Source of the DNA: the human T2T-CHM13v2.0 reference genome, Homo sapiens
Length of the DNA stretch: 64,000 bases
Assembly (NCBI RefSeq): GCF_009914755.1
Contig: NC_060925.1
Reading direction: 5' to 3' (one strand)
The position numbers and the translations under genes were made by a program. This document shows positions 14,301-28,447 of the stretch, one piece after another; position 1 is the first letter of the stretch, and each line of letters opens with the position of its first letter. The notes beneath the pieces were generated by a model. The model was not told the DNA's origin, made no database searches, and was given only the letters and a program-made list of their open reading frames with translations.

Positions 14301-17010
14301 CAGAAAACAGAAGTAGCAGGAAAACTTTTTAACTCATTGTGTGAGGCTGGAATTACCTTAACACCAAAAGCAGACAAGGAAAAAAAAAGCTGCAGAACAC
14401 TATCTCTTATAAATGTATAAAAATCTTCAACAAAATATTAATATGTTTAATTCAACAGTGAATAAAAAGAAATATACACTATGACCAGCAGGATTTATCC
14501 CAGGTTTGCAAGGCTGGTTTACCATTCAAAAATCAGTTAATGTAATCCATCACATCAATAGGCTGGAGAAGAAAAATCACATGATGACATCAATAGTTGC
14601 AGAAAAAGCATTTGAAAAAAATCCAACAGTCATTCATGATAAGAACTCAATAAACTAAGAATAGAAGAAATATTTCTCACCTTGCTAAGAATATCTATGA
14701 AATACTACAGTTAATATCTTACTTAATGGTGAGAAACTAGAAGTTTTTCCACTAAAATCAGGAAAAAAGTAAGAATGTCCCTTCTTGCCACTTCTTTTCA
14801 ACCTTGTACTAGAAATCATAGCTAATTAAATAAGACAAGAAAAGGAAATAAAAGGAACCTTGATCAGGAAGGAATAAATAAGACTCTCTTTGTTTGCAGT
14901 TGACATGATTGTCTATATAGAAAGTACAGAATAACTAGCAAAACAAAAACAAAAAACAAAACCTGAAACTAATAAGTGATTACAGCAAGGTTGAAGGATG
15001 CAAGCTGAATACATAAAAGTCAAATACTTTTATATATACCAGCAATGAACAAGTGTAATTTAAAGTTAAAATCACAGTATCACTTACATTAGCACCCCCA
15101 AATTGAAATCAGCATAAATATAACAAAATACATACCACACGAATATGAGGAAAACTATAAAACTTAAGAGGGAAATTGAGGAAGAACTATATGTGGGACA
15201 TATTCAATGATTATGGATAAGTCTCAATGTTGTCAAAATGTCAATTCTTCCCAACTTAACATACAGATTTAATGCAATCCCAACCAAAATCCCAGCAAGT
15301 TATTTTGTGGGTATTTACAAACTGATTCTAAAGTTTATGTAGTGATATCAACAACATATAATAGTAAGCTGAATATTAAAGAAGAACAATGTCGAAAGAC
15401 TGATTCTAACTTAAAGACTTAGTATAAATATACAGTAATCAAAAAAGGATGGTGAAGGAAAAAATATATCAGTGAAATAGAAGAGAGAGCTCAGAAATAG
15501 ATCCACAAAAATATAGTCAGTATATAGGTAATATAGACAATGCAATATGGGCATCATAGGCAATGCAATAGAGATAGTCTTTTAAATAAATGGTTCTGTA
15601 AAAACTAGATATCCACATGCCAAAACAATGAATCTAGATATAGACTTACACTCTTCACAAAATTAACTCAAAATGGATCATAGATAAGACGCAAAATAAG
15701 GAACTCTAAAACTCCCTAAAGATAACATAGAAGAAAATCTAGATAACTTGGGGCTTAGCAATAACTTTTTTGATAGGACACCAAATACATAATGAATAAA
15801 AAATTGGTAAACTGGACTTCTTTAAAATTGAAAACATCCACTTTGTGAAGGAGACTATCAACAAAATGGAAAAAAAAACCGAAGCACAGACTAAGAGAAA
15901 ATATTTGCAAAAGACATATATTATAAAGAACTGTTATAACAAATATACAAAGAACTCTTAAAACTAAGCCATAAGAAAATAAACCTATTCAATTAAAAAA
16001 TTGGTCAAAGACCTTAACAGAGCTCATCAAAGTAGAGACGTAGATGCTAAATAACCATGTTAAAATTTACTCCACATCATATGTCATCAGACAAATGCAA
16101 ATCAAAGTGATATAAGATACCACTATATATCTATTAGAATGGGCACAATTCAGGACATGGACAGAACCAAATGCTGGTGAGGAGGTGGGGTAAGAAGAAT
16201 TCTCATTTATTGCTGGGGGGAATGCAAAACAGTGCAAACACATTGGAAGACATTTGTCATGTTCTCACAAAATGGAAGATACAATATTCATATGATACAG
16301 AAATCATACTCCTTAGTATTTACCCAAAGGAGTTAAAAACATGTGCACACAAAAACTTGAACAAAATTATTCAGAGCAACTTTATGTCAAATTGCCAAAA
16401 CTTGGAAGCAAACATAAATTTGTTTGCTTGAATAGGTAAATATATAAACAAATCTCATTGCCCTTGAGTAGGTAAATATATTTAAAAAGTTGTTACATCT
16501 AGACAATAGAATATTACTCAGCATTAAAAAGAAATGAATGTCAAGGTATGAAAAGACATTGAAGAAACTTAAATGCATATTACTACTTAGCAAGTTAATC
16601 TGAAAAGGCTACACACTTTATGATTCCAACAAAATGATGTTCTGGAAAAGTCAAATTTGGAGACAGTAAAAAGATCAGTGTTTTCTAGGAGACAGTGGGT
16701 AGAAAGGATAGAGCACAGAGGATTCTTTGAGCAATGAAACTATTCTATGTGATACTATAATAGTGGACACATGTCATTAGAAAGTGATCCAAACCCATAG
16801 GATGTACACAACCAGAATAATCCCTAAAGTAAGGACTTTGGATGACAATGATGTGTTAATATAGATTCAGTTCTAACAAACATACCACTCTGGTGGAGAA
16901 TGTTGATAACATGGGAGGCTATATGTGTGTGGGGAGTGGGTGTAGATGGGAAATTTCTGTATTTTCCACTCAAATTTTCTGTAAACCTAAAACTGCTCTA
17001 AAAAAAAGTC
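11320..17010 (+). mobile_element. L1MC (L1MC1/2-like): ORF1 end, inter-ORF, degraded ORF2 and 3'UTR; interrupted by MSTA
   Basis: EN remnant (QEDITIL..PNNR..IIIGDFN), RT remnant (ggatttatcccaggtttgcaaggctggtt), L1MC 3'UTR (ttctggaaaagtcaaa...ggagacagtaaaaagatcagtg...aaaactgctctaaaaaa). Confidence 0.85.
12084..12516 (+). mobile_element. MSTA-like MaLR solo LTR
   Basis: tgacatggtttg...aaatctcatgtcaaattgtaatcccc...cccagtctcaggt...taatac; 5-bp TSD ataaa at 12079-12083 and 12517-12521. Confidence 0.9.
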
Positions 17011-17149
17011 CAAAAAGAGAAAATAATGAAGAAGAATCTAAATGCTAATAAAAAGTTAAAAGACATGACATATGAAGTTAAAACAATGGACAAAACTATA
17101 CTATTAATGCCTATGCATGCATACCTAGACAAATATAAACGTAAATAAA

Positions 17150-17370
17150 TGAATGAAAATAATCATTGTACAAATTGGTGTTTGTTTCTTTTGATGCACG
17201 GAAGAGGTCTGTTAATATGGATGACTTTTGGGATGGCTGACAAAGTTTTATTAACCTGGCCAGGGCAGGACCTGGGTAGTGGTTAAAAGGGTATTTTTCT
17301 TACAATAGTTTGTTAAGTTTCACATATGTTTTGTTTCATTTTCTGTATCTGTGTTTTGCCAAACTAAAAC
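17150..17370 (+). mobile_element. L1ME-type 3' end fragment
   Basis: gatggctgacaaagttttatt..acctgg...tttctgtatctgtg resembles an old L1ME 3'UTR. Confidence 0.45.
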
Positions 17371-18911
17371 CAAAGTAAGATACAAATTTAAAGCTTTAAG
17401 AAAATCAGAAACCTCAATTTTCATAATGTACTTTGGTATTGAAATTACAGCTTTTGTCTACTTTTTAATGTTCCTAGTTGATAAAAACTCAGATTTCAGT
17501 TGAGTCAATAAAAACAAAAATAAACAAATGAAAAGCAACTCCTTTCTTTCTAAGGAACTAATTGAGAGATGAGCAGATGGGGAAGGTTGAGAGAAAATGA
17601 TCAAAATATTACCTCTGTTACTGATGATAATCTGATAGAAGTAAATAACTCTAGATTGGTGACCAAGCAAGTTTACTAATACTGTATTATGGATCCACAG
17701 TGGAATACATCCTTGGATCCTGCAGGGTTATAGTCTGGTCCTATGAGTTTATAACATGAAGGAACAAGGAACATATACATTCAGAAGACAGGTTTGATTT
17801 GTAAAGAGAAGCATTGATTGAATTACATGTGTCCTTTTTGTGAAACTGATCAGTCAAGGAGGGATGTACAAAGGGGTAGGAAAAGAGGACATATGAGTTA
17901 CTTTAATAGGCATTCCTTCTTTCAGAAAGAGGTCCAAGAAAAGGGATGTTTCATGGAAGAGCATAGTATTATTTATATGTACAAACTGTAGTGTTTTAAA
18001 CCATACTGCTGTCTCTCCTTTGTTAGACATTTAAGTATTTTCCAGTTGTTCACCAGAATAAATAACATTTTAATCATGCCTATTTGCACTCTGTCTACCT
18101 GTGATAGATTTGCTGCTTTACAGGGAAAATAAAAGAAATCATTAGCTTTGGAAACCACCGTTGATAAAACTGAACAGGGTGGTTTTAAATTTAAGATCTC
18201 ATGCTGTGAAAAAATTCCATTTCAGAATCAGTCTTGTCTAGCAAAGAGTCATGTGTAAAATAATTTCAACCAACACATTATGGAAAATCAAACAACCTGA
18301 GTATTTGATAGATATTCTATCTTTCTCACATAGCACATACTCAGGAGTAGGTTAAGCAGTCAGTGCATACACTAAAGTGCAGAAACGGGATTAGTCCTCT
18401 GAGTTCATCCTGCAGCCTCACAGATCAGTTTGCCAGTTGACCAGTCCTCTCTAGTTGACTAGCTCTCCACCACAGTATCTCATCCTTTGATCAGTTTTTA
18501 TTATCTTTCATATTCCAGCAGCACACAGTGCAACCAGACCTATGTCAGTGTACTTTCCCTTTGTGAGTACAAATCTCTGTTGATGAAAAATAAATGTGTA
18601 TCAAAAAGATGTCTTTCTTTTATATCTATTTATCCAGTAATCTAACATTCTGATAGAAAGAAAACCAAGGTGATCCATAAGATATTTTTTAAAATGTTGT
18701 AAAATGACCATGATTGTCAGGGTACCAATTTCCCAATTGACAGTTCTGTGATAATATCTGTCAACAACTGGGTGAAACTTAAATGTCTCTTTTATCTTGG
18801 TTCATAAATGCTAATCTTTATAATTTATTCTTTTTCAGCTCAAAGAATCTTCATGCAGTAGACATTTCAAGGTTGGAGAAATTTTACAGTACATGAAATA
18901 GTTGAAGTTTG

Positions 18912-18958
18912 ACAGCAATTTTGGGATTACAGCAATTTTGGGATTACAGCAATTTTGG
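18912..18958. repeat. 17-bp tandem repeat acagcaattttgggatt x2.8
   Basis: Perfect copies seen directly. Confidence 0.95.
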
Positions 18959-18986
18959 CTGTATGTGGGATGAAATAAACTCCACT

Positions 18987-19100
18987 AAGGTGGGAAGATT
19001 ACCTGGGACCAGGCGGTCGAGGCTATGGTGAGCTGTGATCATGACACTGCACTTCAGCCTGGACAATGGGGCAAGAACCTATTTAAAAAATAAAATAAAA
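18987..19100 (+). mobile_element. Old Alu fragment (FRAM/AluJ right-arm type)
   Basis: aggtgggaagatt...gaggctatggtgagctgtgatcatgacactgcacttcagcctgg plus A-rich tail. Confidence 0.8.
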
Positions 19101-19140
19101 TACTCCAAGGGTTCATTTGACTTTGAAATACTGTGTGTTC

Positions 19141-19179
<39 letters not shown>

Positions 19180-19432
19180 CTTTAAGTTTTAGGGTACATG
19201 TGCACAACGTGCAGGTTTGTTACATATGTATACATGTGCCATGTTAGTGTGCTGCACCCATTAATTCGTCATTTAGCATTAGGTATACTTCCTAATGCTA
19301 TCCCTCCCCCTCCCCCCACCCCACAACAGTCCCCGGTGTGTGATGTTCCCCTTCCTGTGTCCATGTGTTCTCATTGTTCAATTCCCACCTATGAGTGAGA
19401 ACATGTGGTGTTTGGTTTTTTGTCCTTGCGAT
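19141..19432 (-). mobile_element. 5'-truncated L1PA3/4 3' end with (TAT)n-converted tail
   Basis: tactttaagttttagggtacatgtgcacaacg...atttagcattagg...ttttttgtccttgcgat. Confidence 0.92.
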
Positions 19433-19739
19433 TGTTCCTTTAAAGAGAAACTGCTTCCAGGCCCAAGTGGGCTACTTAAACTAGTGTGGAATAATGCAAC
19501 TTTTGTCATGAATGTCATTCAGAGTTCAAGCTAAGCATCTGGTCCTTATTACAAGGTATTTCTCCTACTTTCAAATAGATATTTCAGTCCTCCATTCTGC
19601 AGGTAATCTAACTCGTATTAATTATAGTTTGTCCAAGAGGAAAAATGTAAAGTCCACTATGGATTTTCTGGCAAGGCAGTAACTTGAGAATAAGTGTTTA
19701 GTTGTCTTTTGCCAGTCCCTTCTAAACTATCTTTGAACA

Positions 19740-20090
19740 ATGGTGTTCCGGTCATGGACAATTTTGCCCTCAGATCTACTTCTCACACTTCCCCTATTTG
19801 GTTGTCTAATGCAAGGTCTATGGCAAAGGATCTTGCATTAGATAGCCAAATAAGGGAGGTATGAGAAATTCCTGCTACCTGTGCTCCTCAGGCTCTTGTG
19901 TCAACTTTTTTCTAGTCAGGGTTTGCCAGTGGAAGCCACTAGTGGGTGATTAGAGGGCTCCAGCACAAGAAAATTCAGGGCATGTCTGCCCCTAGTTCTC
20001 TCCCTGAGGCTGTATCTCCTGCAGCAACTGACAGGCATGCTGAAATGTGAACTTCTGTCATCTATTTAGATTCTTGTAACTTCATACCTG
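19740..20090 (+). mobile_element. Old ERVL LTR fragment (LTR33/LTR16-like)
   Basis: gggtttgccagtggaagccactagtgggtgattagaggg motif; weak. Confidence 0.35.
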
Positions 20091-20292
20091 TAGCAAATGG
20101 ACTTAACTCACAACACTAGGAAGCCCCAGGGTGTGTGCACTGTTCTGGTAGCCATTCTTTGCAAAGATGTAGGCAACATAATTGAGAGAGAAACGGAGAG
20201 CTTATATCTGGCAGATTATTTCTATTCTCTCACTAATTAATTTATCCATTCATTTAATAAATATACATTGAGCACATAATTATGTAGCGGAA

Positions 20293-20386
20293 TATACCTA
20301 ATGTTGAAATTACAACAGCAAAGAAAACAAAACCTTTGCTATACCTAATATTGAAATTATAACAGCAACCAAAACAAAACCTTTGC
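20293..20386. repeat. 47-bp tandem duplication (4 mismatches)
   Basis: tatacctaatRttgaaattaYaacagcaa..aaaacaaaacctttgc x2. Confidence 0.9.
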
Positions 20387-20441
20387 CTCTGGAAGTTTTC
20401 ACACTCTTTGGAAAGAAGGCAAAAAATAAATTTTGTACATT

Positions 20442-20994
20442 TGTGATAGTTAATATTGAGTGTCATCTTAATTGGATAGAAAGATGCAAAGTATTGTTCC
20501 TGGACGTGTCTGTGAGGGTGTTGCCAAAGGAGATTAACATTTGAGTCAGCACACTGGGAAAGGCAGACCCACCCTCAATCTGAATGGGCATCATCTGATC
20601 AGCTGTCAGTGTGGCTAGAGTAAAGCAGGTAGAAGAAGCTGGAAAGAGCAGATTTGCTGAGTCTTCTGGCCTTCATCTTTCTCCTGTGCTGGATGCTTCC
20701 TGCTCTTGCACATTTTGCTCCAAGTTCTTCAGCTTTTGGACTCTTGGACTTTCACCAATGGTTTGCCAGGGGCTCTCAGGCCTCTGCCTGGCCACAGATG
20801 GAAGACTGCACTGTTTGCTTCCCTGCTTTTGAGGTTTTGGGGCTTGGACTGGCTTTCTTTCTCCTCAGCTTGCAGACAGCTTATTATGAGACTTCCACTT
20901 GAGATCATGTGAGTCAATACTTCTTAATAAACTCCCCTTCATATACTCACATATCCTGTTAATTCTGTCTCTCCAGAGCACCCTGACTAATACA
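20442..20994 (+). mobile_element. MLT2A (HERV-L) solo LTR
   Basis: tgtgatagttaatattgagtgtca...gtgagggtgttgccaaaggagattaacatttgagtcag...aataaactcccc...ccctgactaataca. Confidence 0.92.
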
Positions 20995-21432
20995 TTATAT
21001 GTAAGATATTAGATATTAGAAGGTGCTAAGTTTTATGAAGAAAAGTAAATGAGTCAAAGAGAATAGAAAGTCCTATAGAGATTGCAATTGTAAGTACATT
21101 GGGTAGAGGAAGAACTTTCGTAGAAGATGATATTTGACAACTATCTAAGGAAAATGAGAGTTGAGCCTTGCAGATGGGTGGGGCCTTGGAGAGCCAGGCA
21201 CAGGTGAGAAACAGCATAAGGCCAGTATGTTGTATTGAACTACAAAGGGAGAGAGTGGTAGGATGTGAGGTTAAGATGGCAATCAGAGACAGAGACTGTA
21301 GAACTCTTAGGTCCTTAGAAGACTTTTAGGTCATTATAAGGGGTTTAGCCCTTATAATAATAAAAAGAAACATTGGGAGGATGACTTGGCATAATTTGCA
21401 TTTTAAAAGCATCATTCTGCTTGCTGTGTTGA

Positions 21433-21818
<386 letters not shown>

Positions 21819-23159
21819 GAGAGAAGTCTTATTCTTGCTTGTACATTGGGAGAGATACTAACATTTGATGAATATGCAGGTAGGAATGCTTTAACAGAGA
21901 AAGGGGAAGTTCATTATGCTAGAGAGAGAAGGAAAAAATTCTATAATTGAGTGGATATTAAAAGTATCAACTAGGGCAAATGTAATAGGTTTGCTCTTAT
22001 GGGTGCATACACAATATCTCTGGTATATGGGGAGAACAGAAGCAGGAAACATATTTCAGATGTAACACAGGATAGATGAATGAGTTGAGGGAAGCTTGTG
22101 GAATGTCTTATCTTATTTCTTTAATAATTTTCTCATAAAATAATGAGCACAAGTTGCAAGTGAGAGTGAAACGGCGTTGAAAATTTAAAGAGAAAGGAGA
22201 AGAATAATACAGAATTTTAAGAAGTGAAAAACTGAATGGGCCAGGGAAATAGTAGGATAACTGGATAGGTAAAGACACATTAAAGAAAATAGGATTTTAA
22301 ATGAGATCAGTCCGTAAGGCTATCCATTTTTCTCCAGGTAAGTTAAGCTTCATTAGTATTTAACCAGGGTTGGGATTTTACCAAGCAAATATAAAGGGCA
22401 AAAATTTGTAAGGCCTATGAGGTTATGTTCAAAATAATTAGTATAATTATGACGTTGGATTTTAGTTTGAGTGAGGAGAGAAGTCTCAACATATGACGAG
22501 ATGAGCAATAGAGAAAAGTTTATAGATCAATGGTATTGTTGTGGTTGAAGGACTGTTGGAGTCAAAGGACTAGTAGAAGATAGTTGGTAAATGTGGAGGG
22601 ATGGATACTTAACACTGAAATAGACATATCACATGGAAAAGTTAGAGCATGTTCATGAAGATAAGCTGCTGAAGTAGAATGGAAATCAAAAGTATTGGTG
22701 TGGAGGTGTTCAAGTAAGAAGCCAGGAGATTAGAAGTTTATTTATATGGACATTAAAATAAGTAAGAATTAAATAAGGAAAAGTTTCGGGGAGAGTGACG
22801 TATTCTAGGGTTTCTTTGAGAAATCGGAGAAAATGACTCTAGGAATTAGATGATGATTATAATAGTTGGTGGCTTATGTGACTAAAGCTAGTAGTTATTA
22901 GGGAAGAAAGGAAGAGAATGTTCCAGAAATGGCAATGAGGAGCAATAAGGAAGCCTACCCTAGTTTTAAGTCAGAGGTAGAACCGTCGTGTAGAATGGAG
23001 CCAAAGTTTCTTGTAGTTGCTATCATATCTACGATTCTTGCTCTCTCAATCTCCTGCATACAAAAAGAAGACCCTGCATGTCACATTTGGCATTTACTGC
23101 TCAATTTTTGCTTCACTCATTATCATCATTCTGTAGCCATAATCAAGGTGAAAACTTAG

Positions 23160-25900
23160 CAATGATACTAACAGCATAACAATCAAGAAATAATTTCTAA
23201 TATAAATAAATAATTCAGACGAAAAATGTAAAAGATATAAGAAAGTCTTTTAAGCTTAATAAAGAGAACAACACCAAATTATATTTCGTTGGAAATGTTA
23301 AGCTATAACAATAAAGAAATATCCAAGAATACAAGAAACAAAAATTTTTATTTATAAATAAAAGAACAAAGCACATTGTCTTAGAAGAGCTAAATACAAT
23401 GGAACATTAGAGCTTCAGAGTTCTGAAGAAAAACATGTTATGATCCATAAATTCCAAACCAGGCAGGGTTAGAGCTTTGTTTGAAAGTAATAAATTCTCA
23501 GATACTCAAGGCCCCAGAAAACATAATAATGCTATGATATAAGTAATTACTGGATAAGCAGTGAAAATATAAGTGAAAAAATCACCAAAAGAAAAAAAAA
23601 CATTGTGACTGTAATGTTTAGTTAAAAGAGTTGAGATCAGTAAACATCATGTATAGACAAATTTAAGGCAAAATACTTTTCCAACAAATTATGTAAACCA
23701 GTAAATTGATATTCCCAGTTGACATCTGACAATATTATACACATTGTTAAATTTTTGTGTATTCAAACTGGTGAAGAATATCACTGGAGTCTTTTCCTGA
23801 AGAAGAGATAACATTTTTTATATTTGCAGTTGTGCTATATTCAAGAAGATGCAGTTTTTTTCCTATTGTAGATTATGTTATTTAAAACCTTTGTTTAAAA
23901 AAATGGATTAGCAATTACTCAAACTGCAGTTACCATATATTTCAGCATATTTTGTCTAAGTAGAATATACTTGATATGACTATGGCTATAAACTGATTCC
24001 TAATTTTCCTATGTAAAAAAGATATGATGGCTAAAATTACTCTATATCTAATGATTTCACAACAGAAAATTAGAAAAATATTTAAACAATTTAATTTCTA
24101 ATATTCAGGTTATAATTTTATTTTCTTAAACATTTGCATGAATGATTATCATAGCATAATATTCTTTACAAAAGAATGACTTTGTTCTCTTTACTAAAAT
24201 TAAAGTAGAATGACCAACTTTGGATGCAGTTCTGAAGAAACCTGCAAGTAAAAAGATTTTATTGGGAGTAAGGGCCAAGATTGAAAGTACAAAGAAACAA
24301 ACACTAATCATTAAACAACATGACAGAGACAGAACCAAACATAATAGTTGTAAGAATATGTATAAATTAGTTAAATACCCCGTAGTAAGAAAAAATATAG
24401 AAAACATAGGTATCTTAAAATAAAATATTGAATAATTAAGTTAAATACGTCTAAAATATATAGAGACACAATGGATTAGAAGAAACATTTGCAATACACA
24501 TGAGATATAGCTCTGCTAAAAGGAATCATTTTTAAAAATGATGATTAACTCAAAGGAAAAAGTATTAAAGAACGCAAATAGGCCACTAAAACATGAATAT
24601 GAATTCACCATTAGGAATGCAAACTAAAATAATAATCACTGCAATATTTGAGAAATTTTAAAAGGCTACATTTGTTTTATACTCTGGAAGGCATGGTAAT
24701 GTGCACCACACTATTGACTGGATTGTGAACTACTATGCTATTGGGGGTAGGACGAGAAATATGGTGGTATTGTTTATAAATAAAACTTTATATCTTCATC
24801 AATCAATGTCATCTTTTAGAATTCCAGCTTATAGTTAAAACCATCATAAGAATTTATGTACAAAATGTTTTGTAGCTTTAAAATATATATTAGTTTTTGA
24901 GTGAATAAAGTATACGCATATTATATAATATGATACAGGCACTAAAAATATGAGATGGACTATAGGTATTGGTATGGATGAATGTCATTGATGGATTGTT
25001 AAGTGAAAAAGAAAAGAATATTCTAGAATAATGTGCACATTTTGCCTTGCTGATAAAAAGAGGAGAAAAAAAACTACATGAATATAATGTTAAGTAGGTT
25101 ATATGAGTATACTGTTAGGTGCAGAAAAATTCAAAACAAATATAAATTTGATTAACCAAATGAGTTTGAAGCAAATAATATATTTTTATGTTTTTCATAC
25201 TACTCAGTAATGTGTAACTATATGTAACATGTCTTTCTTTGTGATTAAATTTTATTTTAATTTAAAAGGCTCTCTGACAGAATTTAAAACATACATACAT
25301 TCAGATGATACTAATTACAAAAATCATTCTCATGAAAAAATTTATACAACAGATTAACAGCTGTGAAATTTTAGCTCACAAAAGTTAAATATAGTGGTAG
25401 GATTATTAATATAAGAAAAATTGTCATTAAACTGAAATAATTTTATGTAGAGCAACATATTTTATAATAAAAAACCTATAAAATTTATGGCACTTTTTAT
25501 TTTAAAAAGCCACAAAAAATTAGAAATACTGTTAGAAATGCAATAATTTATTGATGTGAAAATGACAGAAGTATATTGATTTAAAAGAGCAATCTGTATC
25601 AAAAAAAGAAAATAAAGATGTAGATAAATTGGTTAAATTTTTTTAATCGACTAATAATAAGAAAGTCCTCTTCTTTTCAGTGTCTGTATAAATTCACATT
25701 TATTACCCATGCACAAAATGTTGAAGAAACTCCAATAAGTCGAAAAGACCAAAGTGTTACAGAGTACATTCTTCCTCACGAAGTCCATATAACGAGAGTT
25801 AATTATAAATGTGTGGACAAGAAAAGCAATATCATAGCAAAGTTTCAAATACCTGAAACTTTATAGCTAATCAAAGTTGAAGTTGTAGAATATTTAAAAA
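23160..25900 (+). mobile_element. Highly degraded L1M/HAL1-like fragments
   Basis: Strongly A-rich plus strand with L1 EN-like and 3'-like motifs; boundaries uncertain. Confidence 0.4.
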
Positions 25901-26074
25901 TCAATAAAAATGAAGATGTCATAGGTCACAACTCACAGCATACATTAAGTTGTAGACAAGTGATAATTTGTCTCATTTTTCACTGTATTTTAAAATTAGA
26001 ATTGTTTTGGAATGAATGATTGAAACAAGAAAATAAATAAATAGACAAGATAGTGATTGATACCAGCTTATCTT

Positions 26075-26260
26075 GTCAGAAGCTCCTGGATTTGAATGTT
26101 TCCTCTAAAGCTACCTGGACAAATTATTTAATTTCACTGAGTTTCATTTTCCTCAGATATGTGATTTATAAGCATTTAACCATTCTAAATTTCAGTTTCC
26201 AGTAAATGAAGATAATAGTACCCACCTCATGTATTTTTATAAGTATTAATTTTATAATTC
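26075..26260 (+). mobile_element. MIR fragment(s)
   Basis: ggacaaattatttaatttcactgagtttcattttcctc...aaatgaagataatagtacccacctcat. Confidence 0.6.
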
Positions 26261-26290
26261 ATAGCCAAATACCTTCAATAACTATCTGTT

Positions 26291-26582
26291 GGCCGGGCGC
26301 GGTGGCTCACGCCTGTAATCCCAGCACTTTGGGAGGCTGAGGCGGGCGTATCACGAGGTCAGGAGATCGAGACCATCCTGGCTAACACAGTGAAACCCCA
26401 TCTCAACTAAAAATACAAAAAAATTAGCCGGGCAAGGTGACGGGCGCCTGTAGTCCCAGCTACTCGGGAGGCTGAGGCAGGAGAATGGCGTGAACCCCGG
26501 GGGTTGGAGACTGCAGTGAGCCGAGATCGCGCCACTGCACTCCAGCCTGGGCGACAGAGAGACTCCGTCTCAAAAAAAAAAA
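26291..26582 (+). mobile_element. AluY (AluYe-like)
   Basis: Full-length; gaaccccggggg, gga.actgcag and a 2-bp shortened ggcgacagagagactcc; short TSD atctgtt. Confidence 0.9.
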
Positions 26583-27751
26583 GCATCTGTTATTTTCCTA
26601 TTAACCTCAACATTAATAATGGAATTCACGTGAGGCAAGATTTTTTTCAATTTACCTTCAAATTATAGCTCATTAACTATTTGCTAACTCTGCTTGTAAA
26701 TAACATTGGCCTTGAAAAAAAAATCCGGGTCTACCAAAGATTATCAGTGTGTCCTAAAGCACAAAAACAGGTTATCAAAACCTGGAAGCGGGTTGCAGTT
26801 AAAAGCACTGCCATCTCCTTGCTACATGAGTTGAGTAACTCAGCTATAATATATAATCTATTTGACATGGTTGTTACAGACTGTTCTACTAAGAAAATGT
26901 GTTCAATAATTCTCTACATGCAGAAGCACATTACAACCTTTAATTTATGCCAATGTGTAAGGCGGAGAGTTTCCTAGCATCCTCTTTTCCACACAAATTA
27001 CTCTTCAATTGAAGAACTACACACTGCATCGGAAAAAAAACATCATTCCCTAAAGTGGAATTTGGATATTCATAAGGACCTATTTTGATTTATGCAGAAA
27101 TCTTATGGGACACTAGTGTTGTTTGAAGTAAGAGATTCTTTTAATGAAGAATGTGGGAAGTGAGACCAGGGATTGAAAGCTATTTAAAGTTGGGGATAAA
27201 TGAGGAAAGAGAACTTTAAAACTAGTAAGACAGCATAAATTTCCTATAATGTGACACAAAATGTGGAAAAGCTTTGTTTGATTAGAAAATAAATTGAATG
27301 ACAATGTCCTTACTTTACAAGTGCAGCTGAGATAATTGCAGTAAGCCATTATCACAACAGAAAAATAAGCTAGCATCATGTAAAAACAACTGTAAAAATT
27401 AAAAATAGAAAATATTTTTAAAGTTTATAAATAATATATTGATGTATTTTTATGAGTTTACAAATATGTTTACTTATCCATTCACTAAACTAACAAATAG
27501 TTTTCTACCTTCATAAAGCAAACGAGGAAGCTTAGCATTGCTCAGGAATTGGGCAAGCAACCAAAAATTACAATAGTGTGACATGCTATTTTCGGCATAT
27601 GAATGGAAACTTCACATAGAGGAGGAAATATTCTTTGGCCAAAGAAAGATAAAATAAAGCAAAACTATACATCCTTCTCTTAAGAAGCATATAATTTGTT
27701 CAGAAGTCGTAACGCAGGCACACAAAGCTACATGATAAAAGAAAGCTGTAA

Positions 27752-28054
<303 letters not shown>

Positions 28055-28447
28055 AAAGCTGTACATAATAGATTATTATGTTATGATTCTTAAGTGATAT
28101 GGAAATTTAGGGAAGAAACACACCAATCAACACAGAATACCTGAGAATAATTCTGCAGGTATATTTTGAAGTACTTTTACTACTTTACATAAAGGAAAAA
28201 TGCAGATGATGAGTGGGGACGTCAGAGAATAGCAAAGGTAAATGCCTGAAGTATTTTATTTTAATGTGTTTAATGGCTCTGAAAATTAACTTGAAGCTTT
28301 AAAATGCTGCTTCTAAAACCATTGCAAACATCACTTTCACTCTGGATTGGATCCAGGTGAAGATAACAGTGAATATAATACACAGCAACATGTCTTAGAT
28401 GAAGCAAATAAATAAAACTAATTTTCATGGAGAAAATAACTACTTCT

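Noticed and set aside
25671-25866. Acceptor-like ttcttttcag followed by a ~61-codon open frame (CLYKFTFITHAQNVEETPISRKDQ...)
   Set aside because: The nucleotide sequence resembles a degraded L1 endonuclease region, I recognise no protein, and I see no partner exons.
26681-26977. 98-aa ORF in non-repeat-looking sequence
   Set aside because: Non-ATG start, no recognisable domain and no splice support.
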